Shown piece by piece: positions 50,617-62,860 of a stretch of DNA of 64,000 nucleotides (position 1 is the first letter of the stretch; every line of letters starts with the position of its first letter). The notes under the pieces were generated by a model, which saw nothing but the letters and a program-made list of their open reading frames with translations, searched no databases and was not told the origin of the DNA. Position numbers and translations under genes: made by a program. Source of the DNA: Gammaproteobacteria bacterium (lineage in GTDB: Bacteria; Pseudomonadota; Gammaproteobacteria; Eutrophobiales; Eutrophobiaceae); assembly GCA_965202915.1 (NCBI GenBank), contig OZ241847.1:1665972-1729971 (forward strand). The letters are read 5' to 3'.

Positions 50617-52773
50617 ATGAAAAGAATGCTAATCAACGGCACTCAGCCTGAAGAGCTGCGTGTTGCAATGGTTGATGGTCAGCGATTATACGATCTGTAT
50701 ATCGAGTCAACCATCAGGGAACAAAAGAAAGCCAATATTTATAAAGGCCAGGTTATCCGCATTGAACCGAGTTTGGAGGCGGCGTTTATCAATTATGGCG
50801 CTGACCGCTACGGGTTTCTTCCGTTTAAGGAAATAGCCCATACCTTGTTCAAGGGTCACCAGAACGACGCCGATGACGGCAAAACTGTGGTTAAGGAAAG
50901 GCTCAGGGAAGGACAGGAATTTACCGTGCAAATAGAAAAGGAAGAGCGCGGCAACAAGGGGGCGGCCCTTACCACCTTTATCAGTTTGGCCGGTCGCTAT
51001 TTGATATTAATGCCCAATAACCCCGGTGCGGGGGGCGTATCCCGGCATATAGAGGGGAATGATCGCGTTGAAGCAAAAGAGGCGCTGAGGGTGCTTGAGT
51101 GTCCTCAGGGGATGGGAATAATTCTACGCACCGCCGGTGGCGGCAAATCATCTGAAGAGCTCCAATGGGACCTGGATTATTTGTTGCAGCTATGGAATGC
51201 AATCAAGACCGCCGCCGATTCAAAACCGGCTCCGTTCCTGATTTATCGGGAAAGTGAAACCATCATTCGCGCTATTCGAGATTATTTGAGAAAAGACATT
51301 AACGAAATATGGGTGGATGATCCGGATATTCACAAGCGCACCTATGATTTTATGAAACAGGTGATGCCACATAACCTGGAAAAACTAAAACTTTACACCG
51401 ACAGTGATCCGCTGTTCGTGCGGTATCAGATCGAAACCCAGATTGAATCGGCATTCTCCAGAGAAGTCAGACTGCCTTCCGGGGGGGCATTGATTATCGA
51501 TCATACCGAAGCGCTGACGTCCGTCGATATCAATTCGGCTCGGGCAACCGCGGGCAGTGATATTGAAGAAACTGCAATGACTACCAACCTTGAAGCCGCG
51601 GAAGAAATAGCGCGGCAGTTGCGCCTTAGAGATCTGGGCGGCTTGATCGTGATAGATTTTATCGATATGACAAGTACGCGCAATCAACGTCAAATTGAGA
51701 ATAAGATCAGGGAGCAGTTGCGCGTGGATCGGGCCCGGGTACAAATTGGTCCGATATCACGCTTTGGCTTACTGGAGATGTCACGCCAGCGCCTGCGCCT
51801 GTCCCTGGGGGAGTCCAGTCATATTGTCTGCCCCCGTTGTGACGGACAAGGCACTATCCGGGGGGTTGAATCGTTTGCTTTGGCGGTATTGCGCATCATA
51901 GAAGAACAGGCGATTAAAGATCTGACGGCGAAAGTTGTGGTGCAATTGCCTATCGATACGGCAACATTTCTATTGAATGAAAAACGCGGCATGCTGAGTG
52001 ATATTGAACATCGTCACGACATTAGTATTGTACTGACGCCCAATGCCTTGATGGCCACTCCGCATTACCGGCTGGAGCGCGTCAGACTCTCCGAATCCAA
52101 TCTTCAAGAGCATAAGAAGGCCAGTTATGAACTGCCGACTCAATCCATGGAGGAGGAAAATGACGGCACCTATACTCACCATCGCAAGCGGCAAATTGAG
52201 CAGCCTGTAATAAAACGGCCCATCCCAACAAGAATCCCGGCGCCCAATGCCGGCGAAAAAAAGAGTTTTTTGGTTAGAATCTTCAGAAAGCTGTTTGGCC
52301 TGTCTGAGGAAAATGACTCCGGCAAAAAAACTGATCGCCGCGAATACTCGGGGCGTGGACGCAGATATTCCAATAACAGCGAGCGCAGACGCAACCGAAA
52401 TCGGAGGCGGGGCCGCAGGCAAACCGGTGACGCCGTGGAGAATAAAATGCGCCACAATGATCGGACCGGGAAAGATGGACAGCGGCGCCGAGGATCAGAG
52501 ACGGGCAATAGCGAGCGATCCTCAAATCCACGCCGGGGCAGACGCGGCGGGAACCGTAGAAACAGTCGGAACACGAATCATACCGTGTCGGCAAACGAGA
52601 CTAACCCGGGTAATAAGAAACAGGACGATATGCCAACGGTAACGGCGGATCAAGATCGGTTTTATCCCTTGCCTCAAACTAATAAACCGGTTGATGCATT
52701 GGATTTACCCAAAAAAGAACTAAGCCGAACTCCATCCGTCCCAAGGGTCCAACCTTACGAAGATACTGATTAG
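50617..52773 (+). CDS. rne: Ribonuclease E.
   Basis: The N-terminal [30 protein letters not shown] and S1/catalytic domains are present, with an Arg-rich C-terminal scaffold region. A long 5' UTR (50123-50616) is typical of rne. Confidence 0.93.
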   Translation: MKRMLINGTQPEELRVAMVDGQRLYDLYIESTIREQKKANIYKGQVIRIEPSLEAAFINYGADRYGFLPFKEIAHTLFKGHQNDADDGKTVVKERLREGQEFTVQIEKEERGNKGAALTTFISLAGRYLILMPNNPGAGGVSRHIEGNDRVEAKEALRVLECPQGMGIILRTAGGGKSSEELQWDLDYLLQLWNAIKTAADSKPAPFLIYRESETIIRAIRDYLRKDINEIWVDDPDIHKRTYDFMKQVMPHNLEKLKLYTDSDPLFVRYQIETQIESAFSREVRLPSGGALIIDHTEALTSVDINSARATAGSDIEETAMTTNLEAAEEIARQLRLRDLGGLIVIDFIDMTSTRNQRQIENKIREQLRVDRARVQIGPISRFGLLEMSRQRLRLSLGESSHIVCPRCDGQGTIRGVESFALAVLRIIEEQAIKDLTAKVVVQLPIDTATFLLNEKRGMLSDIEHRHDISIVLTPNALMATPHYRLERVRLSESNLQEHKKASYELPTQSMEEENDGTYTHHRKRQIEQPVIKRPIPTRIPAPNAGEKKSFLVRIFRKLFGLSEENDSGKKTDRREYSGRGRRYSNNSERRRNRNRRRGRRQTGDAVENKMRHNDRTGKDGQRRRGSETGNSERSSNPRRGRRGGNRRNSRNTNHTVSANETNPGNKKQDDMPTVTADQDRFYPLPQTNKPVDALDLPKKELSRTPSVPRVQPYEDTD

Positions 52774-52811
52774 GACGGCGTTGCCGGCACAATCTCCGAT
52801 TTGGCACATGG

Positions 52812-54392
52812 CTAAGCGCCGGTGGCATATTCTCGAATTGCATGAAACTGAATATCCGGCCAACGTTTCATAGTAAGGTTTAAATTAACCATGGACGGGG
52901 CTAAATAGGCCAACCTATCCCTCCCATCGATGGCAAGATTATCGAGAGCTCTGTGTTTGAATAACCCCAACCGCTTGTCATCGGGACATTCTATCCAACG
53001 GGCGGCAACGGTCGGAATATTATCATAACTGCAGGTTACGCCATACTCTTCCCGCAAACGCCAGGCAACGACGTCAAACTGTAATACGCCCACTGCTCCA
53101 AGAATCAAATCATTATTATTTAATGGCTTGAACAGTTGTGCCGCGCCTTCTTCCCCAAGCTGTATCAATCCTTTATGCAATGCCTTTAATTTCAACGGGT
53201 CACGCAGGCAAATACGACGAAACAATTCCGGGGCGAAATGGGGAATGCCGGTGAAGGTTAAATGTTCGCCTTCTGTAAAGGTGTCACCGACTTGTATCGT
53301 ACCGTGATTATGCAGTCCGATAATATCACCCGGCCAGGCTTCTTGAGTTTGGCTGCGTGCTCCGGCCATGAACGTCAGGGCATTACTGATCTGCGCGTCC
53401 CGATTTAATCTGACGTGATGCAACTTCATTCCCTTTCGATATTGGCCCGAGCAAACACGTAAAAATGCAATTCGATCATGATGAGCACGATCCATATTAG
53501 CCTGGACCTTGAAAACAAAACCGGTCAACTTCGATTCATCCGGTTCAACTCTGCGCTCCTCACATTTTCTTACCAGCGGTGCCGGCGCATACGATGAGAA
53601 ATAGTCCAGCAGTTCCTTTATGCCAAGATTGTGCAACGCTGAGCCAAAAAATACCGGGGTTTGCCGTCCGGAAAGAAATTTCTTCGCATCATGTTGTTCG
53701 CAGGCCCCCAGGATCAGTTCCGTTTCTTCGCGTAATTGATTGATCTCCCCAGCCGGCATGTTCGCGTCGCTTATATCAATCGGCTCAGCATGCACCACTT
53801 TATTTTTTTTATCATAAATCCTTATAGTATTGCGGGACAAATGATAAATCCCTCCAAGTCTTTGTCCCGCGCCAATTGGCCAGGTTATCGGGACGCATTT
53901 AATATCAAGATCGCGTTCTATTTCATCGAGCAGTTCAATCGGTTCTTTTCCCTCCCGGTCCAATTTGTTGATAAAGGTGATAATCGGAGTATTGCGCAGC
54001 CGGCAAACGTCCATGAGTTTGCGTGTTCTTTGCTCCACGCCCTTTGCCAGGTCAATAACCATTAACGCCGAGTCCACTGCGGTCAAAGTACGATAGGTAT
54101 CTTCCGAAAAATCAGCATGTCCCGGGGTGTCCAGCAGGTTTATTATTTTGTCATTATATTCAAATCGCATTACCGAACTGGTAATCGAGATGCCTCGCTG
54201 TTTTTCCATGTCCATCCAATCCGAGGCGGCATGCCGTGATGATTTTTTTGCTTTTATTGTGCCTGCCGTTTGTATTGTGCCGCCGTGCAATAGCAATTGC
54301 TCAGTAACCGTGGTTTTGCCGGCGTCCGGATGGGAAATGATTGCAAACGTGCGTCTCTTGTTGATTTTATTGACAAAACTACTATCACTCAT
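52812..54392 (-). CDS. prfC: Peptide chain release factor 3.
   Basis: 526 aa with the GTPase G1 [12 protein letters not shown], and full-length similarity to RF3. Confidence 0.95.
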   Translation of the reverse strand: MSDSSFVNKINKRRTFAIISHPDAGKTTVTEQLLLHGGTIQTAGTIKAKKSSRHAASDWMDMEKQRGISITSSVMRFEYNDKIINLLDTPGHADFSEDTYRTLTAVDSALMVIDLAKGVEQRTRKLMDVCRLRNTPIITFINKLDREGKEPIELLDEIERDLDIKCVPITWPIGAGQRLGGIYHLSRNTIRIYDKKNKVVHAEPIDISDANMPAGEINQLREETELILGACEQHDAKKFLSGRQTPVFFGSALHNLGIKELLDYFSSYAPAPLVRKCEERRVEPDESKLTGFVFKVQANMDRAHHDRIAFLRVCSGQYRKGMKLHHVRLNRDAQISNALTFMAGARSQTQEAWPGDIIGLHNHGTIQVGDTFTEGEHLTFTGIPHFAPELFRRICLRDPLKLKALHKGLIQLGEEGAAQLFKPLNNNDLILGAVGVLQFDVVAWRLREEYGVTCSYDNIPTVAARWIECPDDKRLGLFKHRALDNLAIDGRDRLAYLAPSMVNLNLTMKRWPDIQFHAIREYATGA

Positions 54393-54498
54393 ACCGCTAA
54401 AACCCCAGTTTGTACTTAAATTTGTACTTGTTTGTTAAATTGCCCTTTCGGGGCTAAAAAGTGCGCTATTCTACCGAATAACCGCAACTCTAACTATT

Positions 54499-55398
54499 TT
54501 ACTGCTCTAAAACATCTTTCAACGTATCAATCTGCTGCTGATAGATTTCCGGCCTATCCCGCCTGAATTGCTCTAAGTTCGAGAGTTTCCATTTTACCGA
54601 TGGAAATTCCTGAAAATCATAAATCGACCAATCTGGCTCTAAACCATTAAGGCTTAGTAAAAACGCTCTATCATTTTCATTTAAACTCGTCTTTACCGTT
54701 TCGATTAATTGCAGTCTTGTGGCCTCATATTCATCGTAACTAAACTCAATCACGTTCATGCCTTCAAACTGATTTTCAAACGCCGTTCGCTGATCGATCA
54801 AATGAGGAACAAGCATTTCATGGGTCGGGCGATTACTGCTCACCAGACCCAAAATGAAGCCTTGCTTGATCTCATCGGTAAAGCCTTCATTATCCAGTAA
54901 CAGCTTTACATCAAATAAATCTCGTGGATGTTGCCTGTCCAGGGCAGCACATAACTTGCCACCATATAATTGCGCCAAGGGTACAAGCGGCATCGCACAA
55001 AACGCATCAAATTCCTCTTGAGCGGCTTCGCAAAGTGGCTTCTTATTGGAGTCACCCAGCAGGCCTCGCCCTACCATGTTTACTTCTATCTTGATGAGTA
55101 CACCGTGCTCATCCAGTTGTAATTTGCAAACCTTCTCTTTGTGTTGAACGCGTATTGACGAGCGCAACCCTTCGATACGATCTTTAATGCGAACAAGCGC
55201 CGCATTAATCCCATCAAGCGTTTCATTACGTTCAGCAATCTCGACATAGGTTAAATCGATATCAACCGACAGCCTTGGCATATCGCGCATAAAGAGATTG
55301 ATCGCCGTGCCGCCATGCATGGCAAAACATGCTTCTTTAGCTACTTCTGGCAACACATCCAAAAGCAGCCTGACCTGTTTTTTGCAGGCGTCATTCAT
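54499..55398 (-). CDS. AbiEii/AbiGii-family nucleotidyltransferase toxin (type IV TA / abortive infection).
   Basis: 299 aa. The N-terminal MHGGTAINLFMRDMPRLSVDIDLTY matches the DUF1814/AbiEii motif. Confidence 0.8.
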   Translation of the reverse strand: MNDACKKQVRLLLDVLPEVAKEACFAMHGGTAINLFMRDMPRLSVDIDLTYVEIAERNETLDGINAALVRIKDRIEGLRSSIRVQHKEKVCKLQLDEHGVLIKIEVNMVGRGLLGDSNKKPLCEAAQEEFDAFCAMPLVPLAQLYGGKLCAALDRQHPRDLFDVKLLLDNEGFTDEIKQGFILGLVSSNRPTHEMLVPHLIDQRTAFENQFEGMNVIEFSYDEYEATRLQLIETVKTSLNENDRAFLLSLNGLEPDWSIYDFQEFPSVKWKLSNLEQFRRDRPEIYQQQIDTLKDVLEQ

Positions 55399-56165
55399 GC
55401 CGCCGCCTCTAATTCCCTGGGAACGGTTATCTGGTATTTCGAGACATAGACGCCATCGCTCACGATGGCACGTTTACCTGAGCCCAAATCAACCTTATCC
55501 AGATTGATATAACCAAGCCATTCATGGCCTGCCTTATCTGCCAAATACAAAAACAGGCGCTTCACTTTGATAGAGGTGCAGGCTTCAAGTAATTTTTGTA
55601 CTGTTGCCGGCCGCAAATTATTCAAGCCTTGCATCAGCTCAAACACCTCGACAAGCGGCTGAGACTTGGGTGCCAAATATAAACATTCCATTACTGCACG
55701 AGCAGAGCCGGATATCTGCACCTTAAAACTTTTATGATCGATCTCGACCAAACCAAGATCAGGCGGCAAAAAGCTCGTCAGCTTACACTCTACGCTCAAG
55801 CCCCAATCCCGCTTTTTAAACCAAAGCGGCAAGCTCTCATCCTTACCACCAAAAAGCTGTGCCCTCTTTGTAGAAAGCTCCAAATAGTGGGATTTCCCCT
55901 GCAATGACAGTGCTGTTTTGCCCGCCGGATGCACATAGAGGCCGAGCTGAGACTGCAAAGCATAGATGCCCCCCAAATAGTCCACTTGATCACCATGGCG
56001 TATCAGAGCACCCGTGCCGATAGAATCAAACCACTGGCTTTTCTTGTACTGTTTTTGCAGATCGAGGCTATAGCCCTGTTCTGTCAACCATGCGGAAGAG
56101 AGCACTATGCCCGAAGGCTGAGTGCTAAGCAGAGTGTTTAATTTTGACTCTCTCTCGGTATTCAT
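55395..56165 (-). CDS. AbiEi-family antitoxin/transcriptional regulator.
   Basis: 256 aa. The N-terminal winged-HTH pattern LLSTQPSGIVLSSAWLTEQGYS...YKKSQWFDSIGTGALI is typical of AbiEi. It overlaps AbiEii by 4 bp. Confidence 0.7.
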   Translation of the reverse strand: MNTERESKLNTLLSTQPSGIVLSSAWLTEQGYSLDLQKQYKKSQWFDSIGTGALIRHGDQVDYLGGIYALQSQLGLYVHPAGKTALSLQGKSHYLELSTKRAQLFGGKDESLPLWFKKRDWGLSVECKLTSFLPPDLGLVEIDHKSFKVQISGSARAVMECLYLAPKSQPLVEVFELMQGLNNLRPATVQKLLEACTSIKVKRLFLYLADKAGHEWLGYINLDKVDLGSGKRAIVSDGVYVSKYQITVPRELEAAA

Positions 56166-56507
56166 AATCCCAATATATCTATTTTTTTAAACTAAATCAA
56201 CGAAAAGGTTTATATTATCTACTATTTAGGAATTTTAAATACCTTAATATAATATTTTTTAAACACAAAAGAACGACACTCGTGTCAACATTGTTTTAGC
56301 CCTTGTGACAGACCAGGCGCAAGGGCTGTTTTGGGGGCTCAGTTTGGCCCGGCAGGAGACAATACAAGCAGAAGCATGAAGCGATTAAGGCCAAAAGGCC
56401 GATGAGCCCCAAAAGCGCGAACGAGTCAATATGGCAACCTGAGACAGGTTGTAACGATTTGAATTTAATATAGTTAATGTCTTTTGGTGACTCTGGTTGT
56501 CTTATTG

Positions 56508-56567
56508 GTCTGAATCGGGATGGGAAATGATTGCAAACGTGCGGCGCTTTGATAACTTTTCAGTTAT
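56508..56567 (-). pseudogene. Displaced 5' fragment of prfC (codons ~8-26), left at the far side of the AbiE insertion.
   Basis: The minus-strand translation ...[19 protein letters not shown] matches the prfC N-terminus [19 protein letters not shown]. At the nucleotide level ggatgggaaatgattgcaaacgtgcg is shared with 54328-54353. Confidence 0.7.
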
Positions 56568-56597
56568 CGGGTGGGATAATCGAGTCCTGAGTACAGG

Positions 56598-57305
56598 TTA
56601 AGTTATCAGATGTTTCATCTGTTTCACGGCTTCATACATACCGACAAATACAGCCCTGGCAACAATGCTGTGACCGATATTGAGTTCCGTGAGCCCGGGA
56701 ATCGACGCAATTTGTGCAATGTTTTCATAATGCAATCCGTGCCCGGCATGGACGTTTAGGCCCAAATCATTGCCAACAACAACGCCGGCCTTGATCTTTT
56801 CCAATTCCATCGCGATCTCCGAATCGTCGGCATCGGCAAAATGTCCGGTATGCAGTTCGATACAGGGCGCACCGACCTCCGCCGCCGCCTCCAACTGCTC
56901 GGGCACGGCGTCAATAAAAAGTGATACCCTTATCCCCGCGTCGGCAAGTCTGATTGATGCATTCCTGATGGTTTCGGTTTGATTGATAACGTCAAGCCCG
57001 CCTTCGGTCGTCAGTTCCCGTCTTTTTTCAGGGACTAAACAGCAATATTGCGGTCTCATCGCTTCGGCGCACCGTATCATTTCTTCCGTTACCGCCATTT
57101 CCAAATTGATCGGGATGGTGACCGCCTGTTGCAGGTTTTTCAGGTCCGCGTCCTGGATATGGCGGCGGTCTTCGCGTAAATGCACGGTGATTGAATCAGC
57201 CCCGGCCTTCTCCGCGATCAGCGCCGCCGACACCGGATCAGGGTATTGCGTGAACCGCGCCTGTCGCAACAGGGCAACGTGATCTATATTTACCCCCAGT
57301 AACAT
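56598..57305 (-). CDS. pdxJ: Pyridoxine 5'-phosphate synthase.
   Basis: 235 aa with [17 protein letters not shown] and conserved PdxJ barrel motifs. Confidence 0.95.
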   Translation of the reverse strand: MLLGVNIDHVALLRQARFTQYPDPVSAALIAEKAGADSITVHLREDRRHIQDADLKNLQQAVTIPINLEMAVTEEMIRCAEAMRPQYCCLVPEKRRELTTEGGLDVINQTETIRNASIRLADAGIRVSLFIDAVPEQLEAAAEVGAPCIELHTGHFADADDSEIAMELEKIKAGVVVGNDLGLNVHAGHGLHYENIAQIASIPGLTELNIGHSIVARAVFVGMYEAVKQMKHLIT

Positions 57306-57332
57306 GATCGATGAACGTTCAACCGGGTAACG

Positions 57333-58058
57333 TCAACCCGCGCATTCAGATAAATAGGCGCTGTAGAGGCGGCGGCTGGCCAAAGGTTTATTCCCCAGAT
57401 ATATTCCGAGCACGGCCCGCATTAATGCTTTTGTTTCCGACTGGACTTTTTCATCGTTGGCGTCTATGGTTTCCTGATGTAATGCGATTAATGCCCGCCC
57501 CGATATTGCAACGTAATTACTTGAATCGGGAGGGTTGAGTAACGGCCCCGAATCATATTGATAGTAATATTGGGCATCCACGTCTATCGTGTCTCCGGCG
57601 CCTATTGGCTGATCCAAAATCAATCCATAGCCCAATGATTGCAACAGCCGCTTTTCAAAATACCGGATAATGGCGCCTTCCGGGTAATCCCTGGACAGTT
57701 TTGACAGGACGGTATCGTAGGCCGCAAATAAATCCGGGTGCGCTTCGTGTTTATGCAATAAACGGATGATTATTTCATTGATATAAAACCCGCTCATAAT
57801 TTGATGCGGTTTCCAGGTGATCATTTTTGTCTCAGGTTCAATCTGGGTAAGCGTGCCCAATTCACTGCGTATCGTCCATCCGAGTTGCAGGCGCTGATAG
57901 GGTTTGAATAAAAAACGCCGGCTGTTTGATCGACGTTTGGCGCCTTTGGCGACCAGATCGACCCGGCCATGAACCATGGAAAACACCTGTAATAACAGGC
58001 TGGTCTCCCGATAATTGCGCATGTGCAGAATATAGCAGGAGTGGGCCGGAACTTTCAT
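57333..58058 (-). CDS. recO: DNA repair protein RecO.
   Basis: 241 aa with the N-terminal OB-fold pattern ...YILHMRNYRETSLLLQVFSMVHGRVDLVAKGA. Its position between pdxJ and era is conserved. Confidence 0.9.
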   Translation of the reverse strand: MKVPAHSCYILHMRNYRETSLLLQVFSMVHGRVDLVAKGAKRRSNSRRFLFKPYQRLQLGWTIRSELGTLTQIEPETKMITWKPHQIMSGFYINEIIIRLLHKHEAHPDLFAAYDTVLSKLSRDYPEGAIIRYFEKRLLQSLGYGLILDQPIGAGDTIDVDAQYYYQYDSGPLLNPPDSSNYVAISGRALIALHQETIDANDEKVQSETKALMRAVLGIYLGNKPLASRRLYSAYLSECAG

Positions 58059-58070
58059 GATCGGAGCACT

Positions 58071-58976
58071 CTAGTTTATATAACCAAATTGTCTTAACGC
58101 AAATTCCGAATCCGCCCATTTCTTGCGTATTCTGACCCAGGTATTTAAATTAACCTGCGCGTGCAACATATCCTGCAAGTCTTTCCTTGCCTCTTGCCCG
58201 ACTTGCTTTAACAGTTTTCCACCCCTGCCAATAACTATCGCTTTTTGTCCCATTGTTTCCACCCAGATCACCGCATTGACGTGGATAATTTTTTCCGTAC
58301 ATTTGAAGTCTTCAATTGTGACCGATAGTTTATATGGTAACTCTTGCCCCAGTCTTTTCGTGAGTTTTTCACGGATAAACTCAGAGGCAAAAAACCGTTC
58401 ACTGCGATCGGTGATCCGGTCTTTGGAATAAATCGGTTCCGCGACCGGCAGGTAACCGGGGATGCAGGCTTCAACTCGCTCCACGCCTTTGCCTCTGCTT
58501 GCCGATATCGGAATTATTTCAGCGAATGAATAGCGTTGCACCATGTCTTCAATAAATGGCAACAGGGCCCGTTTACGGCCTGCTTTATCAATTTTATTGG
58601 CGATCAAGATGGGTGATTTATTATTCTTCAGCAAAAATTCCATGACCTTTCCATCCATCCTGGTCCAATTCAAGGCTTCCACTATCAACAGCACTACGTC
58701 AACGTGCCGTATCGAATTTATGACCTCTCGATTCATGTAGCGATTCAGCGCAAGTCGCGGCGCTATCTGAAAACCGGGCGTATCTATAAAGATGGCCTGA
58801 TGCTGTCGGTCGGTCTTGATCCCGGCCAACCTCCAGCGCGTAGTTTGGGGTTTGCGAGAAACAATGCTGAGTTTCCGGCCCAATAACCTGTTCAGCAACG
58901 TCGACTTGCCGACGTTGGGCCGACCGATCAATGCCACGTGACCGCAACGAAATTTGCCGTCTTGATTCCTATTCAA
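58071..58976 (-). CDS. era: GTPase Era.
   Basis: G1 GRPNVGKSTLLN plus a KH domain. A TTG at 58976, immediately after the rnc stop, is preferred. The annotated ORF extends further with no homology. Confidence 0.9.
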   Translation of the reverse strand: MNRNQDGKFRCGHVALIGRPNVGKSTLLNRLLGRKLSIVSRKPQTTRWRLAGIKTDRQHQAIFIDTPGFQIAPRLALNRYMNREVINSIRHVDVVLLIVEALNWTRMDGKVMEFLLKNNKSPILIANKIDKAGRKRALLPFIEDMVQRYSFAEIIPISASRGKGVERVEACIPGYLPVAEPIYSKDRITDRSERFFASEFIREKLTKRLGQELPYKLSVTIEDFKCTEKIIHVNAVIWVETMGQKAIVIGRGGKLLKQVGQEARKDLQDMLHAQVNLNTWVRIRKKWADSEFALRQFGYIN

Positions 58977-59631
58977 GATGAGTATCGCCCCGGTGAATTT
59001 TATCCAAAACCAGACCGGCCGCACTTTGTTCGGCATTGCGCCTGCTTGTGCCTTCCGCCACCACGGATTCATCCATGCCTTCTATCGCACACTGGACGGT
59101 GAAAACACGATCGTGCGGCCGGCCGGATTCATTAATCACGGAATAAACGGGCAGGGGTAATTGCCTCGCCTGCATATATTCCTGCAACGTCGTCTTTGGG
59201 TCTTTGGGAAGTGTGTCGGGAGAGATGGAAGCCAATAATTCGGCATAAATATTCAAAATGCAATCGCGACAGTCGGCAAAATCAGAATCCAGGTAAATTG
59301 CACCTATCAATGCCTCGAGTGCATCGGCTAATATCGAATCACGGTGCCAGACACCGCTTTTCAACTCGCTCCCTCCCAGTTTTAAATGCCGGGATAAATC
59401 CGCTTCTCCGGCAAGTCTGGCCAATGTTTCCTTTTTGACCAGAAACGCCCTGAGCCGGCTCAACTCTCCGACGGCGGCGGAGGGAAATTTCAGGAACAGT
59501 GCCTCGGCAATCACACAACCCAAAATGGCGTCACCCAGATATTCAAGCCTGTCATTATTGCATGAATCAGCACTGCGATGGGTTAATGCCTGTTGCAACA
59601 GGCCCGTATCTTTAAATTTATAGTCCAGCAA
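58969..59631 (-). CDS. rnc: Ribonuclease III.
   Basis: Signature HRSADSCNNDRLEYLGDAILG and a C-terminal dsRBD. Confidence 0.95.
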   Translation of the reverse strand: MLDYKFKDTGLLQQALTHRSADSCNNDRLEYLGDAILGCVIAEALFLKFPSAAVGELSRLRAFLVKKETLARLAGEADLSRHLKLGGSELKSGVWHRDSILADALEALIGAIYLDSDFADCRDCILNIYAELLASISPDTLPKDPKTTLQEYMQARQLPLPVYSVINESGRPHDRVFTVQCAIEGMDESVVAEGTSRRNAEQSAAGLVLDKIHRGDTHLE

Positions 59632-59645
59632 ATCCCGTAAGTGTA

Positions 59646-60113
59646 CTATTTTTCAGCATCGGCATCGCCGTTTGCGTCGGCACTGTCGAGTAATGAGACC
59701 GTGCTTGTGGCACCTTCTCCAAGTGGAATTGCTTCTTTCACGTTAAGCATCAGATTAAGATTGGAAAAAAGTTTGTTGGCCGCCTGATAGGTCACGATCA
59801 AGGTTTTTTTATTGGTTTTTCTGTTCGTATCAACAACCACACGTTGCTTATTTTCTCTTAGTTCACTCTCTCCGAACCGATTAAGATTATTGATATCCGC
59901 TCGTTTTACAAAGGCTCTGATGATATCTCTGTCATTTTTAACTTTTTCTTTTGGCTCTGCCGCCACCCCTTGCATTATCGTCCGCAGGCCGAAGTATTCA
60001 TTATATAGAGGGAATACCGATAACACAAAGAGTAAATAAGTCGCGATGATGCCCATCACAATGCATACTCCCAGGAAGGTTATGCCCGATTGTTTTTTTA
60101 CAGGATATTTCAT
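59646..60113 (-). CDS. DUF4845-like small membrane-anchored protein between lepB and rnc.
   Basis: ATG with RBS GGGAGA. An N-terminal TM (ITFLGVCIVMGIIATYLLFVL) is present, and the position is conserved in gammaproteobacteria. Confidence 0.6.
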   Translation of the reverse strand: MKYPVKKQSGITFLGVCIVMGIIATYLLFVLSVFPLYNEYFGLRTIMQGVAAEPKEKVKNDRDIIRAFVKRADINNLNRFGESELRENKQRVVVDTNRKTNKKTLIVTYQAANKLFSNLNLMLNVKEAIPLGEGATSTVSLLDSADANGDADAEK

Positions 60114-60142
60114 TATCTTGTCTCCCAAAAATATTTCGGTTA

Positions 60143-60931
60143 TCAAATCATCTTCATGCCAATTCTACTGAAATCGATGCCGCCGTTTTTAGAATCCCAA
60201 TTCATCCAGATCATGAACGCCCTGCCGATAAGATTCTCTTCCGGCACAAATCCCCAAAAACGACTATCCCTGCTGTTGTCACGATTATCCCCCAGGACAA
60301 AATAATGACCTTCCGGGACAATGCTCTCAATTCGTTGAGAAGCCCGGTTCGGATCGATAAGTATTTCATGTTCGATATCACCCAGAATTTCCGTGCGCAA
60401 TGATGCACCGTTCATAATAATACCCGATCCATAGGCTTTATACCTGCCTTTTAGTATTTGGGTAATGGATACGTCATTGATATGCAGACCTTTATCAGAA
60501 TAGGCGATCCTGTCTCCTGGCAGGCCCACTATTCTTTTGATAAAAGGGATGCCGGGGTCCTGCGGATAGCGGAATACCACAATATCACCCCGCTCAGGCG
60601 TACTCATGGCAAGAATTTTATTATGCAAAACCGGCAGGCGCAGGCCATATTCGTATTTATTCACCAAAATAAAATCGCCGATTAAAAGCGTCGGCATCAT
60701 CGATGCCGATGGGATCTTGAATGGCTCAACCAAAAATGACCGCAATAACAGTACAACCAGAAATATGGGGAAAAAGGAACGGGCGTATTCCACCACAAGC
60801 GGTACCCTGGATTGTTCATTTGCGTCCTCCCGCTGCGAACGCCCGGCCGCAAACAATAGCGCGTCCAGTCCCCAAATCAGGCCGCTGCCAAAAGTGAGCA
60901 CGACCAGCAATGCCGCAAAATCAAAGTTCAT
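60143..60931 (-). CDS. lepB: Signal peptidase I.
   Basis: Catalytic Ser region [10 protein letters not shown] and Lys box; 262 aa. Confidence 0.93.
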   Translation of the reverse strand: MNFDFAALLVVLTFGSGLIWGLDALLFAAGRSQREDANEQSRVPLVVEYARSFFPIFLVVLLLRSFLVEPFKIPSASMMPTLLIGDFILVNKYEYGLRLPVLHNKILAMSTPERGDIVVFRYPQDPGIPFIKRIVGLPGDRIAYSDKGLHINDVSITQILKGRYKAYGSGIIMNGASLRTEILGDIEHEILIDPNRASQRIESIVPEGHYFVLGDNRDNSRDSRFWGFVPEENLIGRAFMIWMNWDSKNGGIDFSRIGMKMI

Positions 60932-62724
60932 TTTCCCTTGCCTACGTGCAAGACGGCCATGAACGCCGCCTGCGGAATTTCGACCGATCCAAATTGTTTC
61001 ATGCGTTTTTTGCCGGTTTTCTGTTTTTCAAGCAGCTTGCGTTTGCGAGTGACGTCACCGCCGTAACACTTTGCGGTAACATTTTTTCTCAACGCCTTGA
61101 CGGTTTGTCTGGTAAGTATCTTTGAACCAATCGCCGCCTGAATCGTGACGTCAAACATCTGCCTGGGAATAAATTCTTTAATTTTCTCCGCCAATTCTCT
61201 GCCCCGCGTCCGAGATTGTTCATGGTGTACTATGCAGGACATTGCGCCCACCTGCTCATTGTTAATCAATATATCCAGTTTTACCAGCTTGGCGGGTTCG
61301 AACCTTAAAAAGGTATAATCAAACGATGCAAACCCTCTGCTTACGGATTTAAGCCTGTCGAAAAAATCGAGCACGACTTCGCGCATTGGCATTGCAAATG
61401 ACAAGGCAACCTGTTTGCCCGAATACTGTAATTTTTTCTGTATCCCCTGCTTTGCGATGCACAGGGTGATCACGTTACCCAGATATTCCTGAGGTACCAG
61501 TATATCCACCTGAATAATCGGTTCTCTGATCTCGATAATATTATTGACAGGAGGCAAATCGGAGGGATTATCAATGGCAATAATACCATCGTTTCTGGTC
61601 ACCACCTCATACACGACGGTGGGCGCGGTGGTGATCAAATCCAGATTATATTCCCGTTCCAGTCTTTCCCGAATGATCTCCATATGCAACATGCCAAGGA
61701 ATCCGCAACGGTAACCAAATCCAAGCGCCTGAGACGTTTCCGGTTCGTAGTGCAAGGCGGCGTCATTCAACCGCAACCTGGCCAGCGCCTCTCTGAATGA
61801 ATCATAATCAGCGGCATTTACCGGAAACAAACCTGCAAATACCCGCGGTTTGATCACCTGAAATCCGGGCAGCGCAACCGTTGCCCCTGATCTGACCGCG
61901 GTTAAGGTATCGCCAACCGGCGCGCCGTCTATATCCTTTATGCTGGCGACAACGTAACCGATTTCCCCGGTATGCAAAACCTCATCCGATACGCGTTTAG
62001 GGGTAAATCGTCCAAGCTGATCGACCAGATAATCACGCCCGGTGGACATGACTCGTATCTTTTCACCGGCCCTGAGCGTACCGTCGACCACCCGGACCAG
62101 TGACACTACTCCCGAATATTTGTCAAACCATGAGTCGATAATCAACGCCTTTAACGGATTTTCCGGTTTGCCGTTCGGCGGTGGCACCCTGGAGATCAAA
62201 CTGTCGAGCAGGGGTTTTATGCCGCGGCCGGTTTTGGCACTGACGCAAATGGCGTCCCGTGCCTCAATACCAATAATTTCTTCTATTTCCCTGATCACCC
62301 TGTCCGGTTCGGCAGAGGTCAAATCAATCTTGTTCAGCACCGGCACCACTGTAAGACCATTGTCTATTGCGGTAACACAGTTTGCGACGCTTTGGGCCTC
62401 CACGCCCTGTACCGCGTCTATGACCAGCAAAGCACCCTCGCATGCCGCCATGGAGCGGGATACTTCATAACTGAAATCCACGTGTCCGGGGGTGTCGATC
62501 ATATTGAACTGATAACAATTACCATCATCCGCTTTATAATTGAGGGAAACACTTTGTGCCTTGATGGTTATCCCCCTTTCCCGCTCAAGCTCCATCGAAT
62601 CGAGCACCTGCGCCGACATTTCGCGGTCGGACAGGCCGCCGCAAATCTGGATAAATCGGTCGGCCAGGGTCGATTTGCCATGGTCAATATGGGCGATGAT
62701 TGAAAAATTGCGTATTTTCTTCAT
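60928..62724 (-). CDS. lepA: Elongation factor 4.
   Basis: 598 aa with the N-terminus [23 protein letters not shown] and the LepA C-terminal domain. Confidence 0.97.
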   Translation of the reverse strand: MKKIRNFSIIAHIDHGKSTLADRFIQICGGLSDREMSAQVLDSMELERERGITIKAQSVSLNYKADDGNCYQFNMIDTPGHVDFSYEVSRSMAACEGALLVIDAVQGVEAQSVANCVTAIDNGLTVVPVLNKIDLTSAEPDRVIREIEEIIGIEARDAICVSAKTGRGIKPLLDSLISRVPPPNGKPENPLKALIIDSWFDKYSGVVSLVRVVDGTLRAGEKIRVMSTGRDYLVDQLGRFTPKRVSDEVLHTGEIGYVVASIKDIDGAPVGDTLTAVRSGATVALPGFQVIKPRVFAGLFPVNAADYDSFREALARLRLNDAALHYEPETSQALGFGYRCGFLGMLHMEIIRERLEREYNLDLITTAPTVVYEVVTRNDGIIAIDNPSDLPPVNNIIEIREPIIQVDILVPQEYLGNVITLCIAKQGIQKKLQYSGKQVALSFAMPMREVVLDFFDRLKSVSRGFASFDYTFLRFEPAKLVKLDILINNEQVGAMSCIVHHEQSRTRGRELAEKIKEFIPRQMFDVTIQAAIGSKILTRQTVKALRKNVTAKCYGGDVTRKRKLLEKQKTGKKRMKQFGSVEIPQAAFMAVLHVGKGK

Positions 62725-62860
62725 TGGGAACTTACAGTCGAACGTGCCGGGGACGCCGCGATTCTAATTGCATACGGCGGACGATTCAAACTTGTGCCGG
62801 GGGCCATAATCCGGGTGCTAATCTCACGCGCACCGAATATCATTACCATGCAATGATCAT

